In this document: positions 38,173 to 47,639 of the stretch, piece after piece
Layout: the number at the start of each line of letters is the position of its first letter
Position numbering within the stretch: position 1 is the first letter of the stretch
IMG/VR virus record: IMGVR_UViG_3300008259_002461
DNA from: a virus
Lineage: Duplodnaviria > Caudoviricetes
DNA: 64,000 nt
Strand: one strand, 5' to 3'
Program-made: the position numbers and the translations under genes
Notes under the pieces: generated by a model
Database searches by the model: none
The model's input: only the letters and a program-made list of their open reading frames with translations
Told to the model about the DNA's origin: nothing

Positions 38173-39314
38173 GGATTTAGAGGATATAGTGGAAGTGCAT
38201 AATCTACGCCATCAACTATAATTCTAATATATTTAACTGTTCCACCTGTATTAACTTCGCCGGAACCAGCACCAGCTACTATTGAATTATCTTGTATTCC
38301 GATAATCCCCTCGCTGTCTATAGATAACATAGTAACAAGTTCTTCTGTAGCATTTACACAACCTAATTCTATTCTACCTGGAATATACCCAGCACCCGGA
38401 GTGTCATCTACAAAAATTTGAATACCGGCTACTACAGCAGGACTACCGTTGCTATCTGCACCAAGCCAGTATTGACTAACAATTTTATCACCAATTTGAA
38501 GTGGCAATGGTGTTTCATGCGTTCCTCTATATCTACTATACAATACTGCTGGCCCTTCTACAGTATTAGAAGCGCCATAGATAGACATAGCGTCATACGC
38601 ATCGTCCGCAGTACCAGTAGTATATACAGCTAATCCTGCTAAAGTACCGTTATTATTTTGTCCTGATAATGTAATTGTAGCACCGTTAACATCTTTAGTA
38701 GTAATGGCAATATTATCAACTTCGCCAACAATTTTTCCAGCTACTGAATCAACAAGAGTGCTAGAATCATCAGCAAAAACAGAACCTGTTAAATCGCCTA
38801 TGATTTCTCTTGCAGTAAGTGTATCAGTTTCTGCGTCCCATAGCACTAAATTACTATCTGCTGAGCCGCTTGAGAGTTTAATAATTTGTGAACCAACTGC
38901 TAACGTAGTGTCTACGTTTGCTTGAGTAGCCCAAAGATTACGCCACTGTTTGGCACTTGTACCTAAATTATAAGAATCGTCAATGGCTGGAGTCAGTGAC
39001 GAATTAATTAAACCAAGTACACTGATATTGTCGGTTGCATTGTCACCTAAGTTAATAGATCCAGTAGCAGTAATATTACCAGTAATATTAATGTTACCTG
39101 TGCCTATTATGTTATTACCGTTTAAGTTTAAATTGCCGCCCAGCAGTGGACTTGTTTCAGTTGAAAGGGCAGTTGGGCCAACGAGAATACCACCTGTAGT
39201 AGCTCCGTCGCCTACAAATAACTTTTTCGTATCAGTAACGTAGACAATTTCGCCTATGTCTACGAATGCAGTAACACGTTCTGCTTCAGTACCGCGTCTT
39301 AATTTCAAAGCCAT
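38169..39314 (-). CDS. Tail fibre-like virion protein with Mtd_N-type N-terminal domain
   Basis: LKLRRGT..GEIVYVTDTKKLFVGDG.T.GG, followed by a G/N/T-rich fibre-like sequence. Confidence 0.7.
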   Translation of the reverse strand: MALKLRRGTEAERVTAFVDIGEIVYVTDTKKLFVGDGATTGGILVGPTALSTETSPLLGGNLNLNGNNIIGTGNINITGNITATGSINLGDNATDNISVLGLINSSLTPAIDDSYNLGTSAKQWRNLWATQANVDTTLAVGSQIIKLSSGSADSNLVLWDAETDTLTAREIIGDLTGSVFADDSSTLVDSVAGKIVGEVDNIAITTKDVNGATITLSGQNNNGTLAGLAVYTTGTADDAYDAMSIYGASNTVEGPAVLYSRYRGTHETPLPLQIGDKIVSQYWLGADSNGSPAVVAGIQIFVDDTPGAGYIPGRIELGCVNATEELVTMLSIDSEGIIGIQDNSIVAGAGSGEVNTGGTVKYIRIIVDGVDYALPLYPLNP

Positions 39315-39344
39315 GTAAATACTCCTGGTATCAATATCATATAG

Positions 39345-39352
39345 TATTTATG
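39345..39352 (-). promoter_or_regulatory. Late promoter motif
   Basis: CATAAATA upstream of the AGGAG SD. The ATAAATACTAT 11-mer recurs at 63271-63281. Confidence 0.55.
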
Positions 39353-39367
39353 CCTTTGAATAAAAGA

Positions 39368-39703
39368 CTACTTGTTCTTTTTTAAGAAGCTTTTAGTGCG
39401 AGTTTGTATATCTCGTTTGATACGATCTGTATCTAACCTAAAATCAACGTTAATAATGTGCTCGTCGTACTCTTTAAACATCTGTTCGAGAACAGATTCT
39501 AAGTCTAAACTAGAGTGTTTTTGTCGAGATTTTTCAACGTCAATATCCCATACTTTTCCGCCCTTAAAGCTAACTCTAACGGAATGGAGATACTCTATGG
39601 GTACTGCTTCAACTCTAACATCTTGAAATACTTCAGGCCAATGTGCTATTACATCTTCAGGAAGTTCTGTTATTTTTTTAGGCACTTTCTTCGGATTTTG
39701 CAC
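39368..39703 (-). CDS. Hypothetical protein
   Basis: ORF within the operon. Start may be GTG 39685. Confidence 0.7.
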   Translation of the reverse strand: MQNPKKVPKKITELPEDVIAHWPEVFQDVRVEAVPIEYLHSVRVSFKGGKVWDIDVEKSRQKHSSLDLESVLEQMFKEYDEHIINVDFRLDTDRIKRDIQTRTKSFLKKNK

Positions 39704-40301
39704 TCTTTTTCTTTACAGGTGATAACTTATCTGCTTCTTCTCTAAGACGTTTAGCTTCTTTATATAATCGATCAGCATCGCTGCGATATTTAGAAGCTAT
39801 TTGATCATCTGTAAGTACGCCGTCGGCTGGTGCCGCAAGTGTTTGTATAGTAGCAATATCTGTAACCTCAACGGAGTTTTCGTCAGTATTTACTACTGAT
39901 GCAGTTTGCATATCAGAACTCTTAAGAGCTAATTCGTCAATACTTACACCTTTTTGTTGTGCAATTGCTTGATTTAAATCGCTTAACAAAATAGTAGTTT
40001 TCATATCCGGCGTCATTTCTACTAAATTAGTGGCCATTTTTACCATTTTACCTGTAACGTGAAATGCTGCCAACATATTCCTACCGTCTGGTAGTGATGT
40101 GCGAGCCATTGCTTCTGCAAATTCATAAGCAGTTTGGCCAGCATTTGATTCAATCAATTTCATTAAAGTGTCATGCTCGTCTGCTTGTAAGTTCTCTGTA
40201 GTAACTACAATACAGTTTTCTGCATCACCTGGTATTGTACGATACGCTACAACTATTTTTCTTTGGTTATTTTTTACTCTACCAACATGTTTTAGAGACA
40301 T
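39678..40301 (-). CDS. Hypothetical protein
   Basis: ORF with GGAG SD and coiled-coil C-terminus. Confidence 0.75.
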   Translation of the reverse strand: MSLKHVGRVKNNQRKIVVAYRTIPGDAENCIVVTTENLQADEHDTLMKLIESNAGQTAYEFAEAMARTSLPDGRNMLAAFHVTGKMVKMATNLVEMTPDMKTTILLSDLNQAIAQQKGVSIDELALKSSDMQTASVVNTDENSVEVTDIATIQTLAAPADGVLTDDQIASKYRSDADRLYKEAKRLREEADKLSPVKKKSAKSEESA

Positions 40302-40302
40302 A

Positions 40303-40536
40303 TTATTCTCCTTCTTTTTTAGGTTGTTGTGAAGCTACAGCGGCTAGAAATGCTTCTAGTTTATTGTATGTCTGTCCTACTACAACCATTTCGCTGGGTT
40401 TAAAAGTACCCCTTTGACTTGCAACATCAATAATTTGCTTTAGGGCGTTTAGATCCTGCACAGTTAGTTCTGCGCTAGGTTGTGCAGGTGCAGTTGTTGC
40501 AGTAGTTTCAGGTTGTTTCTTTTGTTCATCGCTCAT
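40303..40536 (-). CDS. Hypothetical protein
   Basis: ORF with AAGGAG SD. Confidence 0.7.
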   Translation of the reverse strand: MSDEQKKQPETTATTAPAQPSAELTVQDLNALKQIIDVASQRGTFKPSEMVVVGQTYNKLEAFLAAVASQQPKKEGE

Positions 40537-40569
40537 AATATCTCCTTAATTAAATGCGCTTTTTATTTA

Positions 40570-40848
40570 CTAGTATTTTAAATATGGACACGCCAAAGTG
40601 AAATAAGAAAGTTCTTTATGATCTTCAAAACCTATTTTTAACAAAGTTACTACTTGATTGGTAGAATCTACTTCTACAGTTTTTCCAACATAAAATCTGC
40701 CCTTTTGATGATCCATAATCCACTTTGCAATACTGTCTTGCAAGTTGTAATTCATGGGAACTGAGACATACTCAAAATGCTTTGGAGGCACTTTGAGTTG
40801 TCTCAGATCAAAAAAGTTTAAAGGATTTGGATCTTTAAGACGTAACAT
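40570..40848 (-). CDS. Hypothetical protein
   Basis: ORF coupled to the upstream stop codon. Confidence 0.7.
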   Translation of the reverse strand: MLRLKDPNPLNFFDLRQLKVPPKHFEYVSVPMNYNLQDSIAKWIMDHQKGRFYVGKTVEVDSTNQVVTLLKIGFEDHKELSYFTLACPYLKY

Positions 40849-42131
40849 TACTTGTCGTAGTGCGCAGTCAATCCAAACGGTGCTTGTAAATTTTTGTCAT
40901 GATGTCCGTGAACAATAAAAATAGTATCACAGTAATCATCCTCGCCCCAACTGTCCCACGGATAACCGTCAGTAAACATAATAAACTTTTTAGGGTTAAT
41001 ATCATGGTCTCTCATGTATTTCCAGTTAGCCATAAAGTCAGTACCGCCGCCGCCCATAATCTCGTAACTGAGCAAGTCATCGCCTGTGTCAGCAGTAAAG
41101 TCTTGTTCATTATACACTTTTGTATCAAAGCACCAAAGTTTAATTTGATAATCTTTGTACTCGTCCATAATGCCTTTAATTTCACTTAAAAAGTCTTTAG
41201 CCTGATCATCACCGATACTTCCGCTCATATCCAAACTAACAGCAATATCGATAGTTTCGTCGTATTGTTGTCCGGGTAATACGGCACCAGTATGCCAGCC
41301 TTTACGCGAAGGACGAGCAAAGGTAAAGTCATGCTTAATAGTGCTTTGGATTTGTTGACGCAGAAGTTCACGCCAATTCATTTTTGGCTCAGTAAGCTCT
41401 TTGATCATACGTACAATTTCGCCCGGAGTGTTACCAGCACCTGCTGCCTGTGCCGCTTGTAGCATGCCTTCTTTAATCTCGTCACGAATCTTTTGCATCT
41501 CATCTTTAGAATACTTTGGACGACCTTTGCCTTTACCGTCTTTGTCATCACCTTCTCCATCACCTTCACCGTCGAGGTCTAGGTGTTCGTCTAGCATAGA
41601 ACCTAGACTTTCTAGAAATTCTTTACCATTTTTTTGTGCTTGCTTAAATAGTTCTTCGTAAACTTCTTCGCTAGTCCAGCCAGCATATTTTGCATCTTTA
41701 AAGCAGTCTACTAGGGTAGGCTCTACACCAATTCGATCTCGAATTAACAAGTTGTTGACAATGTAGTCCTGTGCAATATTAGACAAAACTGGATCCATGT
41801 TACGATCTTGCCAAGTACGGCGACCAAGATGGTCAAATACACAATGCAGGATCTCGTGTGCAATAACAAACTCAATCTCTTTATTAGACATTGCATTAAA
41901 GAATTGAGTATTGAAATAAAGATTTCGACCGTCTACAGCGGCAGTAGGCAACCATTCATCTGCTGCCTGAATTCGCAAACGAGTTGCCATGTTACCAAAG
42001 AATGGGTGACGTAGAAGTAAGCCAACTCTTGCAACAATGATACGATCAAGAACTTCTGTACGCATCTCTGCAAGTTGTTCGGGTGTAATATTTGGATCAG
42101 GTGTCCATTGTTTTTTGCTTGCTACGCTCAT
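40848..42131 (-). CDS. VWA-domain protein with HExxH metallopeptidase-like domain (DUF2201-like)
   Basis: AHEILH, acidic linker and LDMSGS MIDAS motif. Confidence 0.85.
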   Translation of the reverse strand: MSVASKKQWTPDPNITPEQLAEMRTEVLDRIIVARVGLLLRHPFFGNMATRLRIQAADEWLPTAAVDGRNLYFNTQFFNAMSNKEIEFVIAHEILHCVFDHLGRRTWQDRNMDPVLSNIAQDYIVNNLLIRDRIGVEPTLVDCFKDAKYAGWTSEEVYEELFKQAQKNGKEFLESLGSMLDEHLDLDGEGDGEGDDKDGKGKGRPKYSKDEMQKIRDEIKEGMLQAAQAAGAGNTPGEIVRMIKELTEPKMNWRELLRQQIQSTIKHDFTFARPSRKGWHTGAVLPGQQYDETIDIAVSLDMSGSIGDDQAKDFLSEIKGIMDEYKDYQIKLWCFDTKVYNEQDFTADTGDDLLSYEIMGGGGTDFMANWKYMRDHDINPKKFIMFTDGYPWDSWGEDDYCDTIFIVHGHHDKNLQAPFGLTAHYDK

Positions 42132-42162
42132 ATGCTATACTCCTATGTAACTGTATATATGT

Positions 42163-42190
42163 ATTATACAGCATTTGCGGATAAAGTCAA
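42163..42190 (-). promoter_or_regulatory. Sigma70-like promoter
   Basis: TTGACT-16 nt-TATAAT. Confidence 0.6.
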
Positions 42191-42224
42191 GAAAGAAAGT
42201 GGGCGTTTTTTGGAGAAACGCCCA
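42191..42224 (-). terminator. Rho-independent terminator
   Basis: 9-bp stem tgggcgttt/aaacgccca followed by a U-rich tract on the minus strand. Confidence 0.65.
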
Positions 42225-42235
42225 TAAACTCTATA

Positions 42236-43327
42236 TTACGCCTTTTGAGCGGCAGTAATATACTTACCAAATCGACTGTGGAACTCGTCAAAACATTCGA
42301 CTTCGTCCGGATCAATTGGCAAGCTGTACTGAGTAAGAGCGAGTTTGATGCCCATAACAACCAATTCAGTTTCAAAATTATCCATTGCAAAGCGCAGGAA
42401 ATTGTTAACTTTATTGTCAAACTTCTTATCGCTCTTGTCAGACGCCTCTTTTAGCTCGTAGCAGAGCGAGACTGTCAAGGAATACATGGCACTGATTTCT
42501 TTAGTCTTCAGCTCCTTTACCTTGCCATCCAAAATATCTGTTGGATTAGGCATCTGACTGGCAACCTTGCGGTGCGCCATAAACTTAACAGCAAGACCTT
42601 CACCGACTGCGCCAGAGACTAGGTCAGTAAGTGTATTGCTATCAAGCTCGTCATCTAACAGTTCGCTAACAAAGGACCACGAACGTGGAGTAGCAAACGA
42701 ACGGCTAGGGGACTTTGGATCAAAGTCGTAGAGGTCCTTCTTGCTAAAAGTCAAGAAGCCTACAACGTCTCTGTGGATACTATGATTTACAGCCCATTGG
42801 AACCAGTCATCAAAATTGACAGCCATTTCCAAGTGAACAAAACGGTTAGCTAACGGAGCAGGCATACGATAAGTAACACCTTTGTCAGCTTCTCGATTAC
42901 CGGCTGCAACAATAAACACGTTATCGGGCAATTTGTATTGTCCAACTCGACGGTTCAAAACTAATTGATAAGCCGCTGCCTGTACGCTAGGAGCCGCACT
43001 ATTCATTTCATCTAAGAACAAAATAATATTTTCGTGCTTTGATGCCATGATCTCATCAGGCAATTCTGCCGGAGGAGCCCAAACCATTTTACCTTGATTA
43101 GAATCAAAGTAAGGAATACCTTTAATGTCTGTAGGTTCCCAAAGAGATAGACGAACGTCAATTACGTGAGCGTTCATATATTCACCAATTTGGTGAACAA
43201 CATCAGATTTACCAATACCTGGGGGACCCCACAGGAAAATTGGTCGACGTTTGATGATTGCATGTTTAATGCTAGCTTTTGCCGAATTAGGCGAAAGTTG
43301 ACGGGCCGATGAGCTTTCCGATGCCAT
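42236..43327 (-). CDS. MoxR-like AAA+ ATPase
   Basis: GPPGIGKS Walker A, LFLDE Walker B, AAGN and PLANRF. Confidence 0.9.
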   Translation of the reverse strand: MASESSSARQLSPNSAKASIKHAIIKRRPIFLWGPPGIGKSDVVHQIGEYMNAHVIDVRLSLWEPTDIKGIPYFDSNQGKMVWAPPAELPDEIMASKHENIILFLDEMNSAAPSVQAAAYQLVLNRRVGQYKLPDNVFIVAAGNREADKGVTYRMPAPLANRFVHLEMAVNFDDWFQWAVNHSIHRDVVGFLTFSKKDLYDFDPKSPSRSFATPRSWSFVSELLDDELDSNTLTDLVSGAVGEGLAVKFMAHRKVASQMPNPTDILDGKVKELKTKEISAMYSLTVSLCYELKEASDKSDKKFDNKVNNFLRFAMDNFETELVVMGIKLALTQYSLPIDPDEVECFDEFHSRFGKYITAAQKA

Positions 43328-43377
43328 TGTGTATTCCTTGTTAAGTTATAAAACAGTCAGTGCCTTACTGTTCTTAT

Positions 43378-43405
43378 ATTGTAACACCTACACAATATAA
43401 GTCAA
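43378..43405 (-). promoter_or_regulatory. Sigma70-like promoter
   Basis: TTGACT-16 nt-TACAAT. Confidence 0.55.
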
Positions 43406-43421
43406 GATCTAGTTTACCAAA

Positions 43422-43808
43422 CTACTCCGCATCGTGTCGTTTCATTGCTTTGGTTAATCCGTATTTACGTATGTCTCCGGAAAAAAGATGAAGTTCGAGA
43501 GCTTTCTTTTCGTCCGTTACAATAATTGAATCTCTGCCTAACCAATATGGACAAGTAATAAATCGATCTAACCAAATTATGGTTTGCGTAGTTAATTCAA
43601 AATCTTTTGGAAAAGGAACTTCGTATGTTTGGAGATCAAGTGTATCAGTGACAAAAAGATATCCTTGATCTGTAAGACGCAGGCCACCTTCGTCTTTGGA
43701 TCTAGTGTTTTGCCACCATGTTGAATAATATTCTTTAAAAGATATTTCGTTAACACCTTTTCCGGCCTGTTTTAGAAATATCTTTGTATATGTTTCTTTC
43801 CAATTCAT
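43422..43808 (-). CDS. Hypothetical protein
   Basis: ORF with ATGA coupling. Confidence 0.75.
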   Translation of the reverse strand: MNWKETYTKIFLKQAGKGVNEISFKEYYSTWWQNTRSKDEGGLRLTDQGYLFVTDTLDLQTYEVPFPKDFELTTQTIIWLDRFITCPYWLGRDSIIVTDEKKALELHLFSGDIRKYGLTKAMKRHDAE

Positions 43809-44101
43809 TGTATTTCTTCAAGTACGATTTCGCCTGAAGTTAATTTTACTACTTGGAAGTCTGCGCAGGAAAACATTTCGTTTAATTTTTTTGCCAAATT
43901 AAATGCATGGCCAGGATTACTAAACGAAACTTTTTTATATTTTGGTCCCGGATAATTAGTGAGCATGTTAGAACTTTTAAGATTAAACGGATCGCCCTTG
44001 TAAAAGACAGCCCAAATAGCTTCAGCACGAAGCACTTGCTCACTCTTGTATGTTTTTTTATCTACGTGATCTAACAACACAGTGGGTTTTGGTCTACTCA
44101 T
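43805..44101 (-). CDS. Hypothetical protein
   Basis: ORF with SD and an upstream late motif. Confidence 0.75.
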   Translation of the reverse strand: MSRPKPTVLLDHVDKKTYKSEQVLRAEAIWAVFYKGDPFNLKSSNMLTNYPGPKYKKVSFSNPGHAFNLAKKLNEMFSCADFQVVKLTSGEIVLEEIQ

Positions 44102-44131
44102 ATACGCAATCCTTTAAATTAACTACGTATA

Positions 44132-44139
44132 TATTTATA
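44132..44139 (-). promoter_or_regulatory. T4-type late promoter
   Basis: TATAAATA in the intergenic gap. Confidence 0.55.
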
Positions 44140-44166
44140 TCAAAAACACATTATATTACCTGTTTA

Positions 44167-44415
44167 TTACCATCCAGGATTACTTGAACCTATTTGAATT
44201 TGAATTACTTCGTTGTCGCCTGAGTTCTTTTTAGCTAATATTTGTTCTAAATCACCGTTTAAACGTGTCATAACAAGCCCTAAAGTAAATGCTAGAGCCT
44301 TAGCTTGCTGTATGTCTATGCGGATGTCTTTGGCTCGACTGGCATCTGCACTCTTAACTTGGTTAAGAAACTGCGTAATAGGTGTAGTGTTTAACGGCTC
44401 ATTTTGTGTTGACAC
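44167..44415 (-). CDS. Hypothetical protein
   Basis: ORF within the operon. Confidence 0.65.
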   Translation of the reverse strand: MSTQNEPLNTTPITQFLNQVKSADASRAKDIRIDIQQAKALAFTLGLVMTRLNGDLEQILAKKNSGDNEVIQIQIGSSNPGW

Positions 44416-44869
44416 GACTTAACTCCTGTCTCATTTCTATCTCAGTCCTAAACGGACCTTTAGTTTCGTAGCGTTCTACAGTGATCAGCTTTGGACAAAA
44501 ACTTTTGACCCAACCTTTTTCAAAGTGAATCACATAATATCCTGCACAATATAAACTTTTTGATTTAGCTGATTTTGTAAAAAGAGGAAGTTTTCGTTTT
44601 ACATCAAATATAGGATTGTGTGGTTGACACGATGTTGCATAGCCGTGAACTTCTTTGGTATAGTCTTTGGCTATTTTAAGAGCAGTCCATGTTACATCGT
44701 TACCTAAGGTTTTCTTAAGTTGTTTTTGATTTTCAAAAAATCGTGTGCCAGCTTTGTCGCTTAGGATATACTTTTCATCGTTATAAGAAATGGTAGCTAC
44801 ATTTTCACCATCTTCCTCAACAATCCAAAATTTACCACCTAATATTTCTTTCGCTATCATTTTATTCAT
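44399..44869 (-). CDS. Hypothetical protein
   Basis: Start moved to ATG 44869 (ATGA overlap). Confidence 0.7.
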   Translation of the reverse strand: MNKMIAKEILGGKFWIVEEDGENVATISYNDEKYILSDKAGTRFFENQKQLKKTLGNDVTWTALKIAKDYTKEVHGYATSCQPHNPIFDVKRKLPLFTKSAKSKSLYCAGYYVIHFEKGWVKSFCPKLITVERYETKGPFRTEIEMRQELSRVNTK

Positions 44870-45852
44870 CCCGGATACCTCGCATTTAATGGTACAGCAT
44901 ATAACTGTGCATTGTCGGCCACTCGTTGCATGTCCCACTTAGCACAAAATTTAATCAGTCGCATTCCAACTTGTGTAATGTCTTTTGGAAAGCTAGCTTG
45001 TTTAATTGTATTATTAATTAGTTCTTTAATTTCTAAAGGTTGTGCTGTTAAATCGCATAGAGTCACATTTCTATTATAGTCGTCTAACACACGATGTTCT
45101 ACACCCTCGTGATCGGACCAACGTTGCAACATGAGATTATTCCAAGCATAGCCTTTGGTATTCTTATCAGCATATGCTTCAGTAAGGCCTACTTTATTCT
45201 TAGTACCTTTAACTCTAACACCAGGATATGCACTAAAGACATTATCACTAGTATCGCCACGCATACATTTTTCAAATAGCAACCAATCTGGATTAGGGGC
45301 AGGCTTAATTTCTTTCGTTTTCTTATCAATTACAGACTTACCCTTGTCGTCAAAATAGCCTTCATGAGTAGTTGTAATATTACTGACACCATTATATTGT
45401 TTTACGTTTGGTGCAATGAGTTGTGCAAAGTCGCCGTCTGTAGAAATAATCACGTGATTGTCATGCGGGTGATTCTGCACCCAGCCTGCAATCAAGTCAT
45501 CTGCTTCTAGTTGTGGGTGTTGCATTACAGTACAATTTGTTTTAGTTTGTACAAAATCTTTAAACTCGTCAAAGATTTCCCAAAACATTTTATCTTCCTC
45601 AGCTTCACGGGGAGTGAGCGCATCACGAGTTTCTTGTCGATTTCGCTTGTAAGGTTGATAAAAATCTTTACGCCAGCTACGTCCCTCAAGACAGAATACT
45701 ACATGATCTGCATTAAAGTCAGTCCAAGCCTTTTTAATCGAATTGAATGTAATATGCAGGGCCATGCCCACTTTTGTGTCAAGGTCACCACGTACTACGT
45801 GTCGAGCTCTAAAAAAAGTGTTTGCAGTATCTACTAGGATGTATGTGCTCAT
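44866..45852 (-). CDS. rnh: T4-type RNase H / 5'-3' flap exonuclease
   Basis: ILVD..N, WRKDFYQPYKRNR, EADD, STDGDFAQL and GDTSDN. Confidence 0.9.
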   Translation of the reverse strand: MSTYILVDTANTFFRARHVVRGDLDTKVGMALHITFNSIKKAWTDFNADHVVFCLEGRSWRKDFYQPYKRNRQETRDALTPREAEEDKMFWEIFDEFKDFVQTKTNCTVMQHPQLEADDLIAGWVQNHPHDNHVIISTDGDFAQLIAPNVKQYNGVSNITTTHEGYFDDKGKSVIDKKTKEIKPAPNPDWLLFEKCMRGDTSDNVFSAYPGVRVKGTKNKVGLTEAYADKNTKGYAWNNLMLQRWSDHEGVEHRVLDDYNRNVTLCDLTAQPLEIKELINNTIKQASFPKDITQVGMRLIKFCAKWDMQRVADNAQLYAVPLNARYPG

Positions 45853-46298
45853 GAAACTTCGCTTTTGCCTTTTGCAATTGGTACTACATTAATATAACCA
45901 GCGCCGCGATTTGCATCCATGCCTTCTTCACTTAGCATTTGTGATACAATGTCGCGGAACCAACGATCTACAACTTCTTCATCTGGATCACCTTCAAACC
46001 CGTATCCAGCTTGTCTTAATTGTACTATAAAAAGGTCATTCCAGTCAAGCTCAAAAAATCCATTCCTAATATTTTCTGGATTAACTTTAGTATCAAGCAC
46101 CGCTACCCAAGGTTCTCCTTTAACTGTAGCACGTTCTTTTGGTGTCAATTTAGCTTGTTCTTCTGCTTTGGCAGCACGTTCAGCAGCCTCAGTGGCTGTT
46201 TTGGCTGCTTTGGCAGCGGCTGTAGCTATTGCCATATTACGTTCAGCTTCTGCCTTGATCTTATCTATGCCAAATAATTTTTCTATAAATTTTTTCAT
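45849..46298 (-). CDS. Hypothetical protein
   Basis: Start moved to 46298. Confidence 0.7.
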   Translation of the reverse strand: MKKFIEKLFGIDKIKAEAERNMAIATAAAKAAKTATEAAERAAKAEEQAKLTPKERATVKGEPWVAVLDTKVNPENIRNGFFELDWNDLFIVQLRQAGYGFEGDPDEEVVDRWFRDIVSQMLSEEGMDANRGAGYINVVPIAKGKSEVS

Positions 46299-47155
46299 TA
46301 AGTACCCCATTCATTTTTAAATAGCGGCACTTGCAAACGATCGCTATAGCGTAATCCGTTTTTCATTGCCAGTAATGCTACATTCTTATTGTTTAGTGCG
46401 TACACACTTTCTACACCGCCAACTGGCATTAGATAAACATGCCCGTCAAAACCAGCCGCACGATATTCTTCAGTTGCACGTTTAGCATCTTCAAAATCTT
46501 GTTCTGTAGCAATAACAAACTTCAAATATGCTGTACCAACTTTTTCGTATTCACAAACTATTTCAGGAAGAATTGCTTCTTCCCACTTCTCACCACTACA
46601 TGGAAGTTTAGCACTTACACTGAATGTAACTTCTCTCTCGTCACTACCAAGAAACCAATCTGTTAAGTATTCTTTAAATTCTGGAGTAAGTCTCTGGGTA
46701 CCGTTTGTTTCAAATGTAATCTCTTTCAAACCCGCCATCTTAGGATGACTTAGCAAGTCTGGATAAGCACGTTGCCAACCTAGTAAAGGTTCGCCGCCTG
46801 TAATTACAAGATGTTCGTCTTCCCACTCATTGTATGGCAGTATCTCCATAATGCGATCAGCAATGGCATCACTAGTAAGCATTGGACTTAGATCTTTAAA
46901 TGCTGGATGCCAACTTGCATAACTATCACATCCTGTACTTACTAACGGAAGTTCTTCATATTTTTGAAAAGACTCTATATTTGCATGTGTATACGCAATA
47001 TCATCTGCTTCAATACTAATTTTATCACGCGGCATACCAAAGCCTGCACATTTAAAGTTGCAGCCGAATGTGCGTAAAAAGACACTAGGTACACCCATGT
47101 ACCTACCTTCGCCTTGTATACTGTAAAAAAGTTCTGCTATTTTTATTTTGCTCAT
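46298..47155 (-). CDS. queE: 7-carboxy-7-deazaguanine synthase (radical SAM)
   Basis: ELFYSIQGEG, FLRTFGCNFKC, ITGGEPLL, ETNGT and RLQVPL. Confidence 0.88.
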   Translation of the reverse strand: MSKIKIAELFYSIQGEGRYMGVPSVFLRTFGCNFKCAGFGMPRDKISIEADDIAYTHANIESFQKYEELPLVSTGCDSYASWHPAFKDLSPMLTSDAIADRIMEILPYNEWEDEHLVITGGEPLLGWQRAYPDLLSHPKMAGLKEITFETNGTQRLTPEFKEYLTDWFLGSDEREVTFSVSAKLPCSGEKWEEAILPEIVCEYEKVGTAYLKFVIATEQDFEDAKRATEEYRAAGFDGHVYLMPVGGVESVYALNNKNVALLAMKNGLRYSDRLQVPLFKNEWGT

Positions 47156-47427
47156 GCTTTTAATGATTCCATGGTTGCTATTTTTGCAATACGATCGCCA
47201 AAGTCTTGATCATTAGTGATAATATAAGTTTGGTTATGACTGCGATCCTTTATGCGATCATAGTAACGAAACTCTACAACTTTGCCGCCTATTGCATTGT
47301 ATACTTTAAAGTTTAACACAGGTTCGCCTTCAATGCAATCACTTTCTCTACTAGATATGCATATATCTTTTCCAGGAGTATCTTCTTCAAACATCCAATT
47401 ACGTAATTTACGTTTAATCCATTTCAT
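47152..47427 (-). CDS. Hypothetical protein
   Basis: Start moved to 47427. Confidence 0.65.
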   Translation of the reverse strand: MKWIKRKLRNWMFEEDTPGKDICISSRESDCIEGEPVLNFKVYNAIGGKVVEFRYYDRIKDRSHNQTYIITNDQDFGDRIAKIATMESLKA

Positions 47428-47639
47428 ACTTTGTCCTTTAACCACTCGTCTACTTTGGCTTCTGCTTCTTCCTGTGAAACAGCATAAGCATAAATCCAAT
47501 AACATTCATCCTTGCCTTTAATATCAAATGGCACAGGTCCGTTAAACAATATACCGTCTTCTAACATACGTTTAACTTCAAACTTTTTTAAATTTCTAGC
47601 ACGATTAATTAAATCGTTAGTCATGTCTATTGAGTTCAT
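47424..47639 (-). CDS. Hypothetical protein
   Basis: Start moved to 47639. Confidence 0.6.
   Translation of the reverse strand: MNSIDMTNDLINRARNLKKFEVKRMLEDGILFNGPVPFDIKGKDECYWIYAYAVSQEEAEAKVDEWLKDKV

Noticed and set aside
38169-39314. Diversity-generating retroelement suggested by the Mtd_N domain
   Set aside because: No reverse transcriptase or template/variable repeat pair was seen in the window.
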